Shown one piece after another: positions 1 to 8,739 of a stretch of DNA of 64,000 bases. Numbering within the stretch: position 1 is the first letter of the stretch; every line of letters starts with the position of its first letter. The stretch is from Parcubacteria bacterium RAAC4_OD1_1 (GTDB taxonomy: Bacteria; Patescibacteriota; Minisyncoccia; Phycocordibacterales; UBA9973): contig AWSN01000001.1 of the NCBI GenBank assembly GCA_000505065.1, positions 626,577 to 690,576 on the forward strand, given 5' to 3'. The translations under genes and the position numbers were made by a program. Under the pieces are notes generated by a model. The model ran no database searches. It was given only the letters and a program-made list of their open reading frames with translations, and was not told the DNA's origin.

Positions 1-2
1 AT

Positions 3-1355
3 AGTTTAAAAACATCCGACAAAGAAAAAAAACATATATCTCCATTTACAAAATGGATGATCATTTTTCTTGTTTTTATTTCTATTATTTTTGGTTTTTA
101 TATTGCCATATCTAAAGATTATATAAAAATTCCTGAAATCAATTTCAGGAATATTCCTATTCTTGGTGGTGATCTTAATAAAATTTTAATTTCTAGAATC
201 GAAAAAATAGAAAATTCACAATTTTATAAAATTGAATCAGATGTTTTAATTAAAAGCAGTGGTAATTTAAAGATGGATTTTATTTCTGGTAATGTTTCTT
301 TATATAATTTTCCAGAAGAGGTAAGGTGGCATACGCTAGGTATTTATGAAAATCTTTCACCATCTCTCATTTCTTTTGATAGTTTATCTACTATTTTAAG
401 TGATTCTTGGTTAAATAAAGTTGTGGTTAATCTTAAACATAATGGGTCAACTTTATATATACCAATTGAATCTCTTTCTATGTTGGTAGAGATGATCAAT
501 CCTTCTTCAGAATTTGTAGCAATAGAAGATGATAAAATTAATGAATTTATAAATACTATTACTAATAATAATTTTGGGGATAGTATTGGTGCTGAAAATA
601 TTTTAGTTAATGGTGTTTCAGATTTTCTTTATCAAAATATAAAACAAATATATTCTAGTACAGAATTTAATATTTTAGAAAAAGATGGAGATATTATAAA
701 AGATAAAAAAGTTCGATATTTTGAAGTTGTACCTACAGATCCATCATTAGGAGGAATTTTAAATACTGTTATCAAGGGGTCAAAAGTTAATTCTTTTGAA
801 TTTTGGACAGATGAAGATGAAGAAATATTTAAATATCGAATCTCTTTAAGTGTCCCAGCCTCATATATTTCTAAAAGCTCTTCTGAGTTTTTGAAAGTTG
901 AGATTTCTTCAACATTTTATGACATAAATGGAACTAGTATTGTTAATCCACCAGAGAATTTTATAAAAATGGATGATATTTTGATAAATATTAATGATAT
1001 AAAAAATAGAGATGCAATATCTTCTTTTAAAAATCTTGCTGATGAATTTTATAATATTTCAAGTTCTTATGGTAAAAAACCAAACAATACTGGAAGTTGC
1101 TCGTCACCATTGGATGGATCTTTGTTTTCATCCTTGGGTCATGGGGAGGATTTGCAAATAGTAGTAGGGGATATAAAGAATAAAATTAATGAACTTAATA
1201 TTTCTTTGGGGGAGAATATTTTTTGTTATTCTACCGCAGGGGCATGGGCCATCTCTGTGCCATTAGAAACAGATTCATCTTTATATTGGTGTACAGATAA
1301 TACTGGAGAAACAATAAAAACTACAAATAAATTATCTTCTGCATTTTGCCAATAA
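3..1355 (+). CDS. Membrane-anchored hypothetical protein with a C-terminal Cys-containing pilin-like domain (5'-truncated by window edge)
   Basis: Frame is open from position 3; hydrophobic segment IIFLVFISIIFGFYI; C-terminus GSCSS...CYSTAGAWAISVPL...WCTDNTG...CQ resembles CPR pilin globular domains. Confidence 0.55.
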   Translation, partial: SLKTSDKEKKHISPFTKWMIIFLVFISIIFGFYIAISKDYIKIPEINFRNIPILGGDLNKILISRIEKIENSQFYKIESDVLIKSSGNLKMDFISGNVSLYNFPEEVRWHTLGIYENLSPSLISFDSLSTILSDSWLNKVVVNLKHNGSTLYIPIESLSMLVEMINPSSEFVAIEDDKINEFINTITNNNFGDSIGAENILVNGVSDFLYQNIKQIYSSTEFNILEKDGDIIKDKKVRYFEVVPTDPSLGGILNTVIKGSKVNSFEFWTDEDEEIFKYRISLSVPASYISKSSSEFLKVEISSTFYDINGTSIVNPPENFIKMDDILININDIKNRDAISSFKNLADEFYNISSSYGKKPNNTGSCSSPLDGSLFSSLGHGEDLQIVVGDIKNKINELNISLGENIFCYSTAGAWAISVPLETDSSLYWCTDNTGETIKTTNKLSSAFCQ

Positions 1356-1409
1356 TAAGACCCTAGATTTTTTAGGTTTTTTCTGGTATAAATGAAAAGT
1401 TGGTAATAT

Positions 1410-1482
1410 GGTGCCTATAGTGTAATGGTTAGCACTAGAGTTTGTGGAACTCTCAGTCTGGGTTCAAATCCCAGTAGGCACC
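1410..1482 (+). tRNA. tRNA-His (GTG)
   Basis: Acceptor stem GTGCCTA/TAGGCAC with G-1:C73; anticodon arm AGAGT-TTGTGGA-ACTCT; T-arm CTGGG-TTCAAAT-CCCAG; full CCA not encoded. Confidence 0.95.
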
Positions 1483-1528
1483 CAAACAACAAATTCCCCT
1501 GAATAGGGGGATTTTGTTTGGGTGCCTA
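1475..1528 (+). terminator. Hairpin after tRNA-His, extended by an inverted copy of the tRNA 3' end
   Basis: TAGGCACCCAAAC..AAATTCCCC-TGAATA-GGGGGATTTT..GTTTGGGTGCCTA. Confidence 0.6.
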
Positions 1529-1760
1529 AGCAAGCAAACTGCTTTGTTTACGTCTGGGATTTGAAGACCCTGAACCTAGATTTTGAAATTTTAATTTCAA
1601 AATCTGTGAAGGGTGTATAGATTCTGTAAGAATCAAAAAGTGTACCCACGGTCCAGAGTAGGCACCCAAAATAAAACCTTTTAAATTAATTTTTTTAGTA
1701 GTCCGACTACTAAAATTTAAATTTGTGCTATAATCGAGAAAAATTTTAAAAACCAAAATT

Positions 1761-1943
1761 ATGAAAATAAGAAAGATTTTTGGGGCTATTTTAATAATCG
1801 TAGCTATTTTGGGGGTTATTTTTATTGTTATATATAAAGAATCTCTAGAGGGAAATTATTTACCATGGGTTGATTTGCTTGTACTTGTGGTTGGGGCTGA
1901 ACTACTTTGGCCTAGCAAAAAGAAATCAGAAAAAGAAAAATGA
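1761..1943 (+). CDS. Small two-TM membrane protein
   Basis: 60 aa, two hydrophobic segments, basic tail; followed by hairpin GACCACTTT/AAAGGTGGTC. Confidence 0.6.
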   Translation: MKIRKIFGAILIIVAILGVIFIVIYKESLEGNYLPWVDLLVLVVGAELLWPSKKKSEKEK

Positions 1944-2023
1944 TTGACCACTTTTTATAAAGGTGGTCTTTTCTTTTTATTCTTTGTATAATGTATAGAC
2001 ATTAGTAATAATCTCAAAATTTT

Positions 2024-2425
2024 ATGTTAAAAGGATTTAAACAATTTATATTAAGGGGGAATGTGGTGGATCTTGCAGTTGGTGTTGTTATCGGAGCATC
2101 GTTTGGGACACTTGTAAATTCTTTGGTAAAAGATTTGCTCACCCCATTTATCAGTGCTATTTTTAAAGCCCCTGATTTTTCTGGGCTCTCATTTATTATC
2201 AATGGCAGTAATTTTATGTATGGTAACTTTTTAAATGCAGTTATTGCTTTTCTTTTAGTATCTATTGCTGTTTATTTTTTTGTTGTCACTCCTATTAATA
2301 CTTTGATTTCAAAAACAAGAAAAGAAAAACCGATTGATCCTACCACTAAAAAATGTCAGTTCTGTATGAGTGAAATAAATATAGATGCAAAAAAGTGCCC
2401 ATTTTGTACTAGTATTCTTAGTTAG
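2024..2425 (+). CDS. mscL: Large-conductance mechanosensitive channel with C-terminal zinc ribbon
   Basis: FKQFILRGNVVDLAVGVVIG and YGNFLNAVIAF motifs; tail CQFC...CPFC. Confidence 0.95.
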   Translation: MLKGFKQFILRGNVVDLAVGVVIGASFGTLVNSLVKDLLTPFISAIFKAPDFSGLSFIINGSNFMYGNFLNAVIAFLLVSIAVYFFVVTPINTLISKTRKEKPIDPTTKKCQFCMSEINIDAKKCPFCTSILS

Positions 2426-2443
2426 TTCATATATTATAGTAAG

Positions 2444-2941
2444 ATGGTTAAAAAAATAAAGAAAAAAAAAGAGATAAGAGCTAAAAATAAAAAAGAAATT
2501 ATTGTTATGATTTCTGGTGGTTTTGATCCAATTCATATTGGACATATTCGTTATATAAAGGAAGCAAAAAAACTTGGAGATTATTTGGTTGTTGTGATAA
2601 ATAATGACAATTGGCTTCGTGTGAAAAAAGGTAAAGAATTTATGGGAGAATTAGAAAGAAAGGAGATTATAGAAGCGATCGCTGGGGTGGATGAAGTCAT
2701 AATATCCAAGCATTGTAAAAATACAAAAGATATGAGTGTTTGCGAAGAAATTAAACTTATAAAGCCAGACATCTTTGCAAACGGTGGAGACAGAAAGCCG
2801 TCTTGGGATCCAGTGCCAGAAGTTTCTATTTGTAAAGAACTTGGTATAAAGATGGTCTATAATGTGGGTCGTGGGGGAAAGGTAAAGAGCTCTTCAGAGA
2901 TGCTTAAAAATTATGCAAAGACACTAAAGAAGAATAAATAA
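2444..2941 (+). CDS. Cytidylyltransferase-family nucleotidyltransferase (TagD/RfaE-II-like)
   Basis: SGGFDPIHIGH (HxGH), FANGGDR, KSSS motifs. Confidence 0.85.
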   Translation: MVKKIKKKKEIRAKNKKEIIVMISGGFDPIHIGHIRYIKEAKKLGDYLVVVINNDNWLRVKKGKEFMGELERKEIIEAIAGVDEVIISKHCKNTKDMSVCEEIKLIKPDIFANGGDRKPSWDPVPEVSICKELGIKMVYNVGRGGKVKSSSEMLKNYAKTLKKNK

Positions 2942-2978
2942 CTTTTAATTATTAAGTGTGTTATAATTAGACAATGGA

Positions 2979-3101
2979 TCCCGTTAGAAGCCGCGGTCAC
3001 AGTTTTTAATAGGATTATTAATTTTAAATTCAAATTATTATTTATAATAATAGCAAGGTTATTGGTTGTTTAATAATTGACCGCGACCTGCTTCTAACGG
3101 G
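2979..3101. mobile_element. MITE-like element with CCCGTTAGAAG termini inserted at a start codon
   Basis: CCCGTTAGAAGC-CGCGGTCA ... TGACCGCG-acct-GCTTCTAACGGG, flanked by ATGGA at 2974-2978 and 3102-3106. Confidence 0.75.
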
Positions 3102-3455
3102 ATGGAAAAAAATTTAAATATATATGAAGAAGACAGACCTTGGGGGAATTTTCGAAGGTTTACCAACAATGTTTTTTCTACTATAAAAATTTTAAATATA
3201 AAACCAAACGAAGAATTAAGTCTGCAAAGCCACAACAAAAGAGAAGAATTCTGGTATGTAATTTCTGGTAATGGTATTTTTACGATAGGAGATAATAATA
3301 TTCCAGTTAGTGTAGGTAGTGAACATTTTATAAAAATAAAAGAAAAACATAAGATAAAAGCTGGATTTTCTGGTATTAAAATATTAGAAATAGCCTTTGG
3401 AGAATTTGACGAGGGGGATATCATACGTTATGAAGATAAGTATGGGCGTGTTTAA
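3102..3455 (+). CDS. Cupin, mannose-6-phosphate isomerase type II C-terminal domain
   Basis: RPWG, LSLQSH..REEFWYVISG, EGDIIRYEDKYGR. Confidence 0.9.
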   Translation: MEKNLNIYEEDRPWGNFRRFTNNVFSTIKILNIKPNEELSLQSHNKREEFWYVISGNGIFTIGDNNIPVSVGSEHFIKIKEKHKIKAGFSGIKILEIAFGEFDEGDIIRYEDKYGRV

Positions 3456-3466
3456 ATAAAAATAAA

Positions 3467-4753
3467 ATGGAGAAGAAAATTAAAAAAACAATAAAAAAAA
3501 GAAAACCAACCCTAATCAAGAAGGGGAAGGTTAAAAAGAATGAATCTCCATTTAAAAAGATATATTTTGAAAAAGATAAAATATTTAAACTAAAAGTTAA
3601 ATCAGATAAACCAAAAATTAAAACAAAAAGAGTATTTTCTAAAAAAGATAAAAAAAATTCTATTTTGAAGGATGTTAAAAAGTTAACCAAAGTAGAAAAG
3701 ATAAAACTTGAAAGATCTATCAAAAATCCTATTTTAATACCAAGATCTTATTCTTGGGAATCTCAAGCAGTTTTTAATCCAGCTGTTGTATTATCAAATA
3801 AAATTTTTCATCTATTTTATCGAGCTCTTGGAGATGATGGTATTTCTCGTATTGGATATGCTTCAAGTAAAGATGGGGTAAATTTTTATAATAGATTGTC
3901 TTACCCAGTATATTTTTTAAGTGAAGCAGAGGAAACAAAAGCTCATTGGCCTTTTACTTCTCCTGCGAGAGCTTTATATGATCGTGATTTATACAAATCT
4001 GGTGGTGGCTGGGGTGGATGTGAGGACCCAAGAGGGGTTCTAATAGATGGGGAAGTGTATCTTACTTTAAATATATTTAATGGCTGGAATAATTTAGGAG
4101 TTGCTTTTACTTCTATAAAAGAAGAGGATCTTTTAAAAAAGAAATGGAATTGGAAAAGTTTGAAATATTTGTCACACACAGGTGACAGACAGAAAAACTG
4201 GATGCTTTTTCCTGAAAAGATAAATGATAAATTTGTAGTTTTTCATAATTTAGACAAGGGAAACCCTAATGAAGTTTATATAACTTATACAGATAAACTT
4301 GATTGGAGAAATATGCCCACAATAAAAGATGCTCCAGATCCACAAGTTCTCCCAGATCATATTGTGGCTTGGCATAAGAGGACTAGAAGTGCTTCTGCTC
4401 CACCAATTAAGACAAAATATGGCTGGTTGCTTTTATACCATGCGATGGATAATGATGGTAGTGATAGATACAAATTAGGAGCTATGCTTTTAGATCTTAA
4501 AGACCCCAGAAAGGTTATCTGTCGAGCAGGTAATCCGATATTAGAGCCAGATAAATGGTATGAAAATGATTGGAAACCAGGGATAATATATGCGAGTGGT
4601 GCAGTAGTTAAAAATGGAAAACTTTTTGTTTATTATGGTGGTGGAGATAAGTATATAGGAGTAGCTTCTATAGAATTAGATAAATTAATAGAAGGAATGA
4701 AGAAAAATACTTTTGTTAAATTAGAAAAAAATAAAAAATTAAAAATAAAATAA
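3467..4753 (+). CDS. GH130-like glycosidase/mannoside phosphorylase with Lys-rich N-terminal extension
   Basis: NPIL, VFNPAVV, YRA, GCEDPR, PPIKTKYGWLLLYH, YYGGGD. Confidence 0.85.
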   Translation: MEKKIKKTIKKRKPTLIKKGKVKKNESPFKKIYFEKDKIFKLKVKSDKPKIKTKRVFSKKDKKNSILKDVKKLTKVEKIKLERSIKNPILIPRSYSWESQAVFNPAVVLSNKIFHLFYRALGDDGISRIGYASSKDGVNFYNRLSYPVYFLSEAEETKAHWPFTSPARALYDRDLYKSGGGWGGCEDPRGVLIDGEVYLTLNIFNGWNNLGVAFTSIKEEDLLKKKWNWKSLKYLSHTGDRQKNWMLFPEKINDKFVVFHNLDKGNPNEVYITYTDKLDWRNMPTIKDAPDPQVLPDHIVAWHKRTRSASAPPIKTKYGWLLLYHAMDNDGSDRYKLGAMLLDLKDPRKVICRAGNPILEPDKWYENDWKPGIIYASGAVVKNGKLFVYYGGGDKYIGVASIELDKLIEGMKKNTFVKLEKNKKLKIK

Positions 4754-4756
4754 TTT

Positions 4757-6691
4757 ATGTATGTAGTAAAAAGAAGTGAAGATAATCCAGTTATTACCCC
4801 TAATAGAGATCGTCATTGGGAAGAGTTTGCAACTTTTAATATGTGCCCAGTTAAAAAGGGTAAATATATTTATGGTCTTTATCGAGCAATATCAGCAGTA
4901 GATAGAATAAATGCACAAAAACAGATATCTATAATTGGAATTGGTAAAAGTAAAGACGGTATTCATTTTGAAGATAGAAAACCTTTTATAGAACCAGAAG
5001 AAGAATGGGAAAAATATGGATGTGAAGACCCTCGAGTAATATTTTTTGAAGGAAAGTATTATATTTTTTATACAGCACTTTCAAATTATCCATTTGATGC
5101 AGAGGGGATCAAAGTAGCTGTTGCAATTTCTAATGATTTAAAGAAAATTAATGAAAGACACCTTGTTACACCTTTTAATGCAAAAGCAATGACTCTTTTC
5201 CCTAAAAGAATAAATGGAAAGATAAGAGTAATCTTTTCTGCTCATACAGATATACCTCCTGCAAAAATATCTATGGCTGAGTTAGATAAAATTGAAGATC
5301 TTTGGGACCCATCTTTTTGGAAAAAATGGATGGAGAATTTTGATGATCATACTTTTGATTTTAGAAGGAATATTTATGATCATTTAGAAGTTGGAGCTCC
5401 ACCTGTTTACACAAAAGATGGTTGGCTACTCATTTATTCGCATATTCAAAATTATTTTTCAAATCCTGATAGATTAGAAAAAATTTTTGGAATAGAATCT
5501 TTACTTTTAGATTTAAAAGATCCAAAGAAAATAATAGGAAGAACAAAAGGTCCAATGCTTGTACCTGAAGAACCTTATGAGTTTTCGGGCTATATTCCTA
5601 ATGTTGTTTTTCCAAGTGGAGCATTTATAGATAAAAATATACTTAGAATTTATTATGGAGCAGCAGACACTACTTCTTGTTTTTTTAGTGTTGACCTAAA
5701 TGATCTACTTTCAACTATAAATTACAAAACATCAAAAGATTATTTTTTTAAAAGATATGATAAAAATCCAATTATTTCTCCAATTAAGGAAAATAGTTGG
5801 GAGTCTGTCGCGACATTTAACCCAGCTGCTATAAACTTAGAGGGTAAGACCCATATTCTTTATCGGACGTTATCATCTGACAATACTTCTTTTATAGGAT
5901 ACGCTTCTACTTCCGATGGATTTAATTTAGATGAAAGATATAATGTCCCAATATATTTTCCACGTGAAGATTTTGAAATGAAGAAAATTTCAAATGGTAA
6001 TTCTGGTTGCGAAGATCCAAGAATAACAAAAATTGGTAATAAATTATATCTTTGTTATACAGCCTATAATGGAGTTGATTTCCCTAGAGTTGCTATTTCT
6101 TCAATAAAAGAAAAAGATTTTTTAAATAAAGTTTGGAATTGGGAAAAGCCAATTCTTATAACACCTTCGGGTTTTGATGATAAGGATACTTGTATATTAC
6201 CTGAAAAATTTAAAGATGGATATTTTATTATTCATCGAATAGGAAATGAGGTTTGTGGAGATTATCTTAAAACTCTCGATTTTAGCAAAGAGATAATTGA
6301 TAAATGCATTAGAATATTTGGTCCTCGACCAAACGCTTGGGATAGTGCAAAAGTAGGAATTGCTTCTCCTCCAGTAAAGACAAAATATGGATGGTTGCTT
6401 ATTTATCATGGAGTTTCTAAAAGCCATTCGACTTATAGAGTAGGAGCTATACTTCTTGATTTGAAAGACCCAAGTATTGTTCTTGCACGTGGGTCAGATG
6501 CAATCTTTGAACCAGAAGAAGAATATGAAAAAGTAGGAATTATAAATAATGTTGTTTTCCCTTGCGGACTTATTGTAAAAGGAAATACTATTTATATTTA
6601 TTACGGAGGAGCTGATAAAGTAATAGGAGTTGCCACAATGAAGCTTTCTGTTGTTCTTGGAGCATTAAAAAGAGGATCTAAACTCAAATAA
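4757..6691 (+). CDS. Tandem two-domain GH130-like glycosidase/phosphorylase
   Basis: Two repeats, each with FN, GCEDPR, GWLLIY, NVVFP and YYG(A/G)AD motifs. Confidence 0.85.
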   Translation: MYVVKRSEDNPVITPNRDRHWEEFATFNMCPVKKGKYIYGLYRAISAVDRINAQKQISIIGIGKSKDGIHFEDRKPFIEPEEEWEKYGCEDPRVIFFEGKYYIFYTALSNYPFDAEGIKVAVAISNDLKKINERHLVTPFNAKAMTLFPKRINGKIRVIFSAHTDIPPAKISMAELDKIEDLWDPSFWKKWMENFDDHTFDFRRNIYDHLEVGAPPVYTKDGWLLIYSHIQNYFSNPDRLEKIFGIESLLLDLKDPKKIIGRTKGPMLVPEEPYEFSGYIPNVVFPSGAFIDKNILRIYYGAADTTSCFFSVDLNDLLSTINYKTSKDYFFKRYDKNPIISPIKENSWESVATFNPAAINLEGKTHILYRTLSSDNTSFIGYASTSDGFNLDERYNVPIYFPREDFEMKKISNGNSGCEDPRITKIGNKLYLCYTAYNGVDFPRVAISSIKEKDFLNKVWNWEKPILITPSGFDDKDTCILPEKFKDGYFIIHRIGNEVCGDYLKTLDFSKEIIDKCIRIFGPRPNAWDSAKVGIASPPVKTKYGWLLIYHGVSKSHSTYRVGAILLDLKDPSIVLARGSDAIFEPEEEYEKVGIINNVVFPCGLIVKGNTIYIYYGGADKVIGVATMKLSVVLGALKRGSKLK

Positions 6692-6729
6692 ATTTGATTT
6701 AAAATTAATTAAATGATAAACCATTATAT

Positions 6730-8502
6730 ATGGTAGATAGATATTTTAGCTTAAACAAAAAGCTTGTTTTAAAATTTTATATAAAAGTAATTAGTAAATT
6801 TAAATTGGCGTTTTTTACTATAGTTTTTGCTACTTCAATAGCTGCAGCTCTTGATATTTATATACCACTTAAGGTCCTTAAATTATGGGAGATCTTGAAT
6901 AGTAATGACTTTTCTCTTGTTCCTGAGGCTCAAAAAATAGTTATTATGATACTAGTTTTGGGTCTTTTGAGGTGGATAATAAGAAGATCTTCTAGTTTTC
7001 TTAATTCATATTTCCAAGCAAATTGCATCGCAAATCTAAGAAAGCAAGCCTTCTTTTATTTGATAGGGCATTCACATAGCTTTTTTGTTAATAATTTTGC
7101 TGGGTCGCTTCTTCAAAAAGTAAATAAATATGCTAGAGCTTTTGAGAGACTTATGGATTCTTTTTTTGATAATATCATCCCTCTTGTTGTACGTTTTACT
7201 GGAACGATCATAGCTATATACACTCTTATTCCCAAATATTCTTATATTCTTTTTGTGTTTAGTGTTTTATTTATAGTTACAGCTTTTATTTATACTAAAT
7301 TAAAATTAAAGTATGACATTATTTCAGCAGAAGCAGATACTAAAACCACAGGTGCACTTTCTGATTCGATAGGGAACCATTCGTCCATACAACTTTTCAC
7401 AGGTTATGATTATGAAAAAGAAAAAGTAGGTGAAGTTATAAATAAACAAAAAAATGCAACTTTAACTAATTGGTATTTGTGGTCAGGGCTCAGTATGATT
7501 CAAACTTTTTATACTGTAATTGTGGAATCTTTTATTTTGTGGATAAATATTAAAGATTGGTCTTTGGGCCTCATTACACTTCCCGTGATTGTTCTTATCC
7601 AAAGTTATTATGGTAGGTTAGTAGAAAATCTTTGGAGTTTTCACACCATTATTAAAACTTTCTATGATGGTTTTTCAGACGCAAGAGAAATGGCCCTGAT
7701 ACTTGATAAACCATATGATATAAAAGATAACAATCAAAAAGTTTTGGAAAATGTAAAAGGAGTAATTGATTTTCAAAATGTCACTTATGTTTATGAAAAT
7801 AACAATCAAAAAGTTTTTGATAATTTTTCTTTGACGATAAAAAGTGGTGAACGCATAGCTCTCGTGGGGACTTCAGGAGCTGGTAAGTCTACCTTTGTGA
7901 AATTATTAATGAGACTTTTTGATTTAAAAGATGGAAAAATTTTAATAGATGGAGTTGATATTAAGGAAGTTAATCAAGATAATTTAAGAGAAAATATTAG
8001 TTTTGTTCCTCAAGATCCAGCACTTTTCCATAGAAGTTTGATGGAAAATATAAGATATGGTAAAAGAGGGGCGACAGACGAAGAGGTAATAAAAGCTTCT
8101 TTACTTTCTAATTGTGATCAATTTATTAAAAATCTACCAGAAGGATATAATACTTATGTAGGAGAACGTGGAGTGAAACTCTCTGGCGGGGAGCGTCAGC
8201 GTGTGGCTATCGCCCGAGCTATTCTTAAGAATGCCCCTATTCTTATTCTTGATGAAGCGACTTCAGCTTTAGATTCAGAGTCTGAAATGCTTATTCAAGA
8301 TGCACTTCATAACCTTATTAAAGATAAAACGGTAATTGTAATAGCTCACAGACTTTCAACCATAAGAAAAATGGACAGAATTATCGTTATAGAGCAAGGA
8401 AAAATAATAGAAGATGGTAATCATCAAGAACTTTTGTCTAAAAAAGATGGTATTTATAAGAAGCTTTGGGATATTCAAGCTGGTGGATTTGAAATAAAAT
8501 AG
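6730..8502 (+). CDS. ABC exporter, fused TMD-NBD (MsbA/MdlB-like)
   Basis: N-terminal TM domain; GTSGAGKS, LSGGERQR, ILDEATSALD, IAHRLST. Confidence 0.95.
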   Translation: MVDRYFSLNKKLVLKFYIKVISKFKLAFFTIVFATSIAAALDIYIPLKVLKLWEILNSNDFSLVPEAQKIVIMILVLGLLRWIIRRSSSFLNSYFQANCIANLRKQAFFYLIGHSHSFFVNNFAGSLLQKVNKYARAFERLMDSFFDNIIPLVVRFTGTIIAIYTLIPKYSYILFVFSVLFIVTAFIYTKLKLKYDIISAEADTKTTGALSDSIGNHSSIQLFTGYDYEKEKVGEVINKQKNATLTNWYLWSGLSMIQTFYTVIVESFILWINIKDWSLGLITLPVIVLIQSYYGRLVENLWSFHTIIKTFYDGFSDAREMALILDKPYDIKDNNQKVLENVKGVIDFQNVTYVYENNNQKVFDNFSLTIKSGERIALVGTSGAGKSTFVKLLMRLFDLKDGKILIDGVDIKEVNQDNLRENISFVPQDPALFHRSLMENIRYGKRGATDEEVIKASLLSNCDQFIKNLPEGYNTYVGERGVKLSGGERQRVAIARAILKNAPILILDEATSALDSESEMLIQDALHNLIKDKTVIVIAHRLSTIRKMDRIIVIEQGKIIEDGNHQELLSKKDGIYKKLWDIQAGGFEIK

Positions 8503-8739
8503 AATTTTAAGCTTTGTAAGATTTTGTCTAAAATTTAAAAAATTTTGTCCAAAAATAACCTTTAATAATAGTGTTTTCACAGATTTTTTTTATTTTTTTT
8601 AAAAAATGTATTGACGATTTTTTAAAATTTAGACATACTTGTCATTTTTTAATGATAAACCTTTTAATATTTTTTTTATAGGGGTATAATGTATTCCCGT
8701 AAAGTTCTCGGGGCTATTATTAACTAAAAATTTATATTT

